A DNA stretch of 64,000 bases from an uncultured Gemmatimonadales bacterium (lineage in GTDB: Bacteria; Gemmatimonadota; Gemmatimonadetes; Gemmatimonadales; GWC2-71-9): positions 12,935 through 76,934 of the forward strand of contig CAVRRH010000008.1 of the NCBI GenBank assembly GCA_963723565.1, in the 5' to 3' direction. The position numbers and the translations under genes are program-made. The notes beneath the pieces were generated by a model. It had not been told where the DNA came from. It worked only from the letters and a program-made list of their open reading frames with translations, and ran no database searches. Below, piece by piece: positions 59,737-64,000 of this stretch (within the stretch, counting starts at the first letter, position 1; each line of letters starts with the position of its first letter).

Positions 59737-60096
59737 ATGGCAAGTTTGGGAGAAGTTGTGCGCGGCCTGGCCGCCCGGGATGGTGTCGAGGCGGTGCTGG
59801 TGCTGAGCGCCGACGGACTGCCGATCGAGCATACCGCGCACGAGCCCTTTGAGGCCGAAACGCTGGCCGCCCTCACCGCAACATTGGCCCAGTATGCCAC
59901 TCGACTCGGCGTCGGCGCCGGACGAGGCGCGCTCCGCACTGCGGTGATCGAGTACGAGCGCGGGCTCCTGGTGGTGGCCCAGATCGGCGTCGGCGACTGC
60001 CTGGCGATTCTTGCCAAGCCGGAAGCCAACGTCGGGGAACTACTCTACGACCTGCGCCAACACCGGCCGGCGCTTGTAGCGGCCATAAGCGGGTAG
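59737..60096 (+). CDS. Roadblock/LC7 domain protein
   Basis: GVEAVLVLSADGLPI, ETLAAL, VIEYERG, ANVGELL. Confidence 0.88.
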   Translation: MASLGEVVRGLAARDGVEAVLVLSADGLPIEHTAHEPFEAETLAALTATLAQYATRLGVGAGRGALRTAVIEYERGLLVVAQIGVGDCLAILAKPEANVGELLYDLRQHRPALVAAISG

Positions 60097-60277
60097 CGGG
60101 TAAGCGGTAAGCGGGTCAGCGGGTCAGCGGGTAAGCGGGTCAGTCCGACGCTACAACACAGTCTCTCCACCTATATAGATTTCGCCACCGCTCGTATTCC
60201 CGAAGCTTACAATATTCGGAGCTTCCGTATTCTCATGCTCACAGCTGTCCCGCTGTCCCGCTGTCCCGCTGACCCGC
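60086..60277. repeat. Inverted pair of 8-nt arrays (TAAGCGGG/TCAGCGGG and CCCGCTGT) with a 100-nt spacer
   Basis: About seven units at 60086-60143; four complementary units at 60244-60277. Confidence 0.9.
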
Positions 60278-60281
60278 CTCT

Positions 60282-61313
60282 ATGAGATGGGCTGTCGTAC
60301 TTGCTGGTGGCTCGGGTACCCGTTTCTGGCCGCTGAGCACTCCCGAGAATCCGAAACAACTGCTGCCGCTGGCCGGCTCCACGTCCACCGCCGAGGAGTC
60401 GATCGACCGGCTGACCGGGCTCATCCCGCGCGAACGTATCCTGGTGGTAACCGGCGCTGCGTTAGCCGCGCAGATCCAGGAGCGTCTCAAGCTTCCCCGG
60501 ACCAATATCCTGGTCGAGCCGCGCACGGCTTCCACCGCGCCGGCGCTGATCTGGGCCACGTGGGAAGCGCAGCGCCGCGATCCCCAGGCCGAGGTATTGT
60601 CGCTCCATGCCGACTGGGCCGTGGGTGACGCTGCCGCCTTTCGCCGCACGGCGGACACCGCCCTGAGCATCGCCCGGCAGCACGATTGCCTGGTCACCGT
60701 GGGCGTGGTGCCCTCGCGGCCAGAGACCGGATACGGCTACATCGTGCCTGGCCCATCACTGGGTGACGGTGCTCGGATGGTGGCGCGGTTTTCCGAGAAG
60801 CCGGATGCCGCCACCGCGCTCGATCTGATGGCGGCCGGCGCTCTGTGGAACAGTGGGCTCTTTGCCTGGACCGCCGAGCGTCTGCTGGCGGAGGTGGAGA
60901 CCCACACGCCGGAGGTGGCGCCCCACCTGCCGGCGCTCAAGGCCGGCGAGGTGGAGCGGTTCTTTCAGGAGGTGACGCCGATCTCCATAGATGTAGGCCT
61001 GCTCGAGCGAAGCGCGTCGGTGGCGGTTGTGAGCGGCGCCTTCGCTTGGGACGATATCGGCACGTGGCAGGCGCTGACCCGGGTTCGTCCCAAGGACACG
61101 AGTGGGAATCTCGCCGTCGGCAGCGCCTTCTTGCACGATTCGGAGGATTGCATCGTCTGGTCCGAGCGCGACACCGTGGTCCTGAGCGGGGTGCAGGACC
61201 TCATCGTCGTGCAGGCCAATGGCCGGATCCTGGTGATGCCGAGCGAGCGGGCGGCCTCGATGAAACAACTCCTCGACGCCTTGCCGCCCGAGATTCGCGA
61301 CGTCCACTCGTGA
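60282..61313 (+). CDS. manC: Mannose-1-phosphate guanylyltransferase
   Basis: LAGGSGTRFWPLS..PKQ, EP..TAPA, ETGYGYI, FSEKP, WNSG, WDDIG. Confidence 0.92.
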   Translation: MRWAVVLAGGSGTRFWPLSTPENPKQLLPLAGSTSTAEESIDRLTGLIPRERILVVTGAALAAQIQERLKLPRTNILVEPRTASTAPALIWATWEAQRRDPQAEVLSLHADWAVGDAAAFRRTADTALSIARQHDCLVTVGVVPSRPETGYGYIVPGPSLGDGARMVARFSEKPDAATALDLMAAGALWNSGLFAWTAERLLAEVETHTPEVAPHLPALKAGEVERFFQEVTPISIDVGLLERSASVAVVSGAFAWDDIGTWQALTRVRPKDTSGNLAVGSAFLHDSEDCIVWSERDTVVLSGVQDLIVVQANGRILVMPSERAASMKQLLDALPPEIRDVHS

Positions 61314-62480
61314 CACGCGCTCTACCTCCTCGAGCCTGAGTCGCCGGGCGCGGCATGGGCTCCATTTGCGGGCGTCCGTCCGATTGCCGAGCTACGTGCC
61401 GGTATCTGGCGGATTCGGGAGCGATGGGAGGCGGCGGTTGGAAACGACGCGACTGCCCTCCTGGGCCTCCACGCCGGGGGGTTCAGCGAGGGAGACGAGC
61501 CGCCGGTACGGCCCCCTGCCCCGATCGATGGACCGGCCCTGATTGGAGCGGCCTGGTTCGCGCCTACCGGGGTACCGATCGTCGCGGGTCCCAGCATCCG
61601 ACGCCTGACCCACCGCGATGAAACGGTGGGCTGGATCGTGCCGGAAGGCGAGCGCTGGGCCGGGCCTCACGAGGAAGGCCCGGAGCTGAAAATCGAAGGA
61701 CTGCGGCTTCACGGTACCTACGATCTGCTCACCGCGCTCGAGAGCCTCCTCGCGGTTGACTGTGCGGACTTTCTGGCGGCTCCGAGTGATGGAGTGCCCG
61801 AAGGGAGCCTAGTGCTGGGCGACCCGGCTCACCTGGTGTGCCTGGCGGCGAACGTCGAGCCCGGCGTGGTGTTCGATGTACGCCAGGGAGCGGTCGTTAT
61901 CGATGGCGCCGAGATCCGGAACGGTACCCGTATGGAGGGGCCCAGTTATGTTGGGCCGGGCACCCGGGTCCTCGGCGGGTTCGTTCGTGGATCGGTCTTC
62001 GGTCCCGAGTGCCGGGTGCACGGCGAGATTGCGGCCAGCGTGTTTCTTGGGTTTGCCAACAAGAGCCACTATGGCTTCGTGGGTCACAGCGTCGTGGGCC
62101 ACTGGGTCAATCTGGGGGCCGGCACCACCACTTCGAACCTGAAGAACACCTATGGTCCCGTTCGCCTCGAAGTGGATGGCGAGCGGATCGAGACCGGCCG
62201 ACTCAACGTCGGTAGCTTGGTCGGTGACCACGCCAAGACCGCCATCGGGACCATGTTGGCCACTGGAACCGTGGTCTCCGCCGGTGCCAATGTGTTCGGC
62301 ACGCCGACCCCGCCGAAGTATGTCCCGCCCTTTGCCTGGGGCTGCACCGGAGACGAGAAGATGAGCGAGGATGGCTTCCTGCGCGTGGCCGAGCGCGTCC
62401 TCACCCGGCGAAATGTGACGTTCTCCGCCGAGCGGCGCGAGTCGTTGCGGCAGACCATTCAGCGGACTGCCCGCCGGTGA
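61310..62480 (+). CDS. GlmU-like putative sugar nucleotidyl/acyltransferase (frameshifted)
   Basis: RPIAELRAG, NKSHYGFVGHSVVGHWVNLGAGTTTSNLKNTY. Confidence 0.85.
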
Positions 62481-63285
62481 TCACGCTCTACGTGCTCGGC
62501 TCCGGATCGAGGGGGAATTGCTGCGCGGTAGAGTCGGAGGGAGTCGCCCTGCTGATCGACGCCGGGTTCAGCGCCCGCGAAGTCGAACGACGGGCCGCCA
62601 CGGCAGGCCTGGACCTCAGCCTGATCGCCGGAATCGCGCTCACCCATGAGCACGGCGACCACGCGTGCGGTGCGTCCCTGCTGGCTCGCCGGTTGCAAGT
62701 GCCGGTGCTGACCGCACCCGGCACCTGGAGGCATCTGGCCGCAACGATGGAAGACGCCGAGCACCGTCCGCTAGGGCTCTGCGCCCGAATGGAGCTGGTC
62801 CGTTCACCATCGAGGCCTGTCCGACCAGCCACGATGCCGCTGAGCCGCTCGCGATCGTCGTTCGCGGTTCGGAGGGCGCCAGCGTCGGGGTTGCATATGA
62901 CCTGGGCCGACCAACCACCGGAGTGCGCTATCTGCTTCGCAACCTGACCGCGATCGTCCTCGAGGCCAACCACGATGAAGTCCAGCTTCGGACCAGTGAG
63001 TACCCTCCAGTCGTGCAACGCAGGATAGCAAGCTCAGGCGGGCATCTGTCGAACCGCGCGGCAGCCGAGCTACTGGCTGAGCTCCACCATCCGGGCCTCT
63101 GCGCGGTCGTGCTGGCACATCTGAGCCAGCAGTGCAACACGGCGGCGGAGGCCCGCGCCACTGTCGCGCCCGCACTCCGCCGCGCTGGGTTCCGCGGCGC
63201 TCTCCATGTGGCCGATCAGGACCGGCCGCTTGCGCCGATTCTGGTGGTGCAGAGAGCCGGTGTCCAGCTCGGGCTGGCGCTGTAA
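62477..63285 (+). CDS. MBL-fold hydrolase (YycJ/WalJ-like, one frameshift)
   Basis: LGSGSRGN, THEHGDH, SHDA, EANHD, GHLSN, LAHLS. Confidence 0.9.
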
Positions 63286-63329
63286 GGCGGGGGGCGGTAC
63301 GGCGCTACGGCGGCACAAAGGAGCGCTAC

Positions 63330-63841
63330 TCAACAGTTGGCGGGGCAAACCATCGCATCCAGGAAGGACCTGACTCCGGCTACACCGCACTGCCAGGTGG
63401 CCGTGGCTGCAGCGTAGCCGGTCCGCGGAAGCAGCACATCACCGGTAAGGAGTAGGCCCCAGAACAACAGAGTAAGGCCAGGATGTGCGCGACGCCGTTC
63501 CGAAGCTCCCAGGCAGTCAGCGCGATCCATCCGCCAGCCACCACCACGGCAGCGACCGCGCAGAGATAGCCGTACAGCGGGAAGCCGCATTCCCGAAAAT
63601 AGGGCCAGCCGGTCATCATGATGCCTAGCGCGAGGCCGAGCGCTACCCTGCCCCACAGGCCGATCAGCGTTGGCGGCTCGATGCGAGGCCCACCGGAAAC
63701 GATGCGGATCTCCCCGGCTGACGAGCGGAAAGCAGGTGGCGCCGGGGCGGCAGCGCCCTGCAGACCCGGGAGCTGTGCCAGCAAACGATCGACAACGTGA
63801 GCCATCGGATCCGGCTCGCGTCCAGGAGGCGTTTTGGACAT
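63330..63841 (-). CDS. Hypothetical membrane protein (one frameshift)
   Basis: VDRLLAQLP, WPYFRECG, three TM segments, VLLPRTGYA. Confidence 0.7.
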
Positions 63842-64000
63842 GCAGCTCCATGCGTTGGTCGGGTAGTCACTGCGGGTACTGCTCGCGGGCGGCATTTGTC
63901 GTACCAAGTGGCGAGCTGGGTAAGTGATTGGGCGATCAGAGTAGTGCGACCTTCTGCAGTCCCGCGATCCACCCGACGCCATGAAATACGCGAGTGCAGA

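Noticed and set aside
20760-63841. Frameshifts in many core genes (serS, gatAB, secDF, murI, uvrD, fhs) read as pseudogenisation or programmed frameshifting
   Set aside because: They hit essential genes, are single-base indels without consistent slippery motifs, and are absent from other long stretches (11.9-19.8 kb, 38.9-50 kb). This pattern fits uneven long-read error.

Overview
High-GC bacterial window, most likely Gemmatimonadota judging by the 16S sequence and gene set. Single-base indels are frequent and probably come from unpolished long-read sequence. From left to right it holds: an accessory patch (3'-truncated arylsulfatase, DUF2950/DUF3300, orphan STAS and kinase fragments); a complete minus-strand rrn operon (16S-23S-5S, no spacer tRNA, three tandem sigma70-type promoters); a 2.1 kb integrase-less islet inserted in tRNA-Arg(UCU) that duplicates the 5' half of the tRNA and carries three related small ORFs; a decayed islet at tRNA-Pro(UGG); and long housekeeping operons (rph-rdgB, lptE/BamA-like/PPIase, lpxH, murI, selC, ridA-fhs, tatD, secDF, rimP-nusA-infB-rbfA-truB-ribF, murA, gatCAB, uvrD, serS, manC). 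The main unexplained pattern is a set of about 13 degenerate 7/8/9-nt tandem arrays. Most occur as inverted pairs, and their purine-rich arm starts at or overlaps a stop codon. Several have been absorbed into coding sequence (truB, ribF, ridA, uvrD, a signal peptide). Coordinates of frameshifted genes and rRNA ends are approximate.
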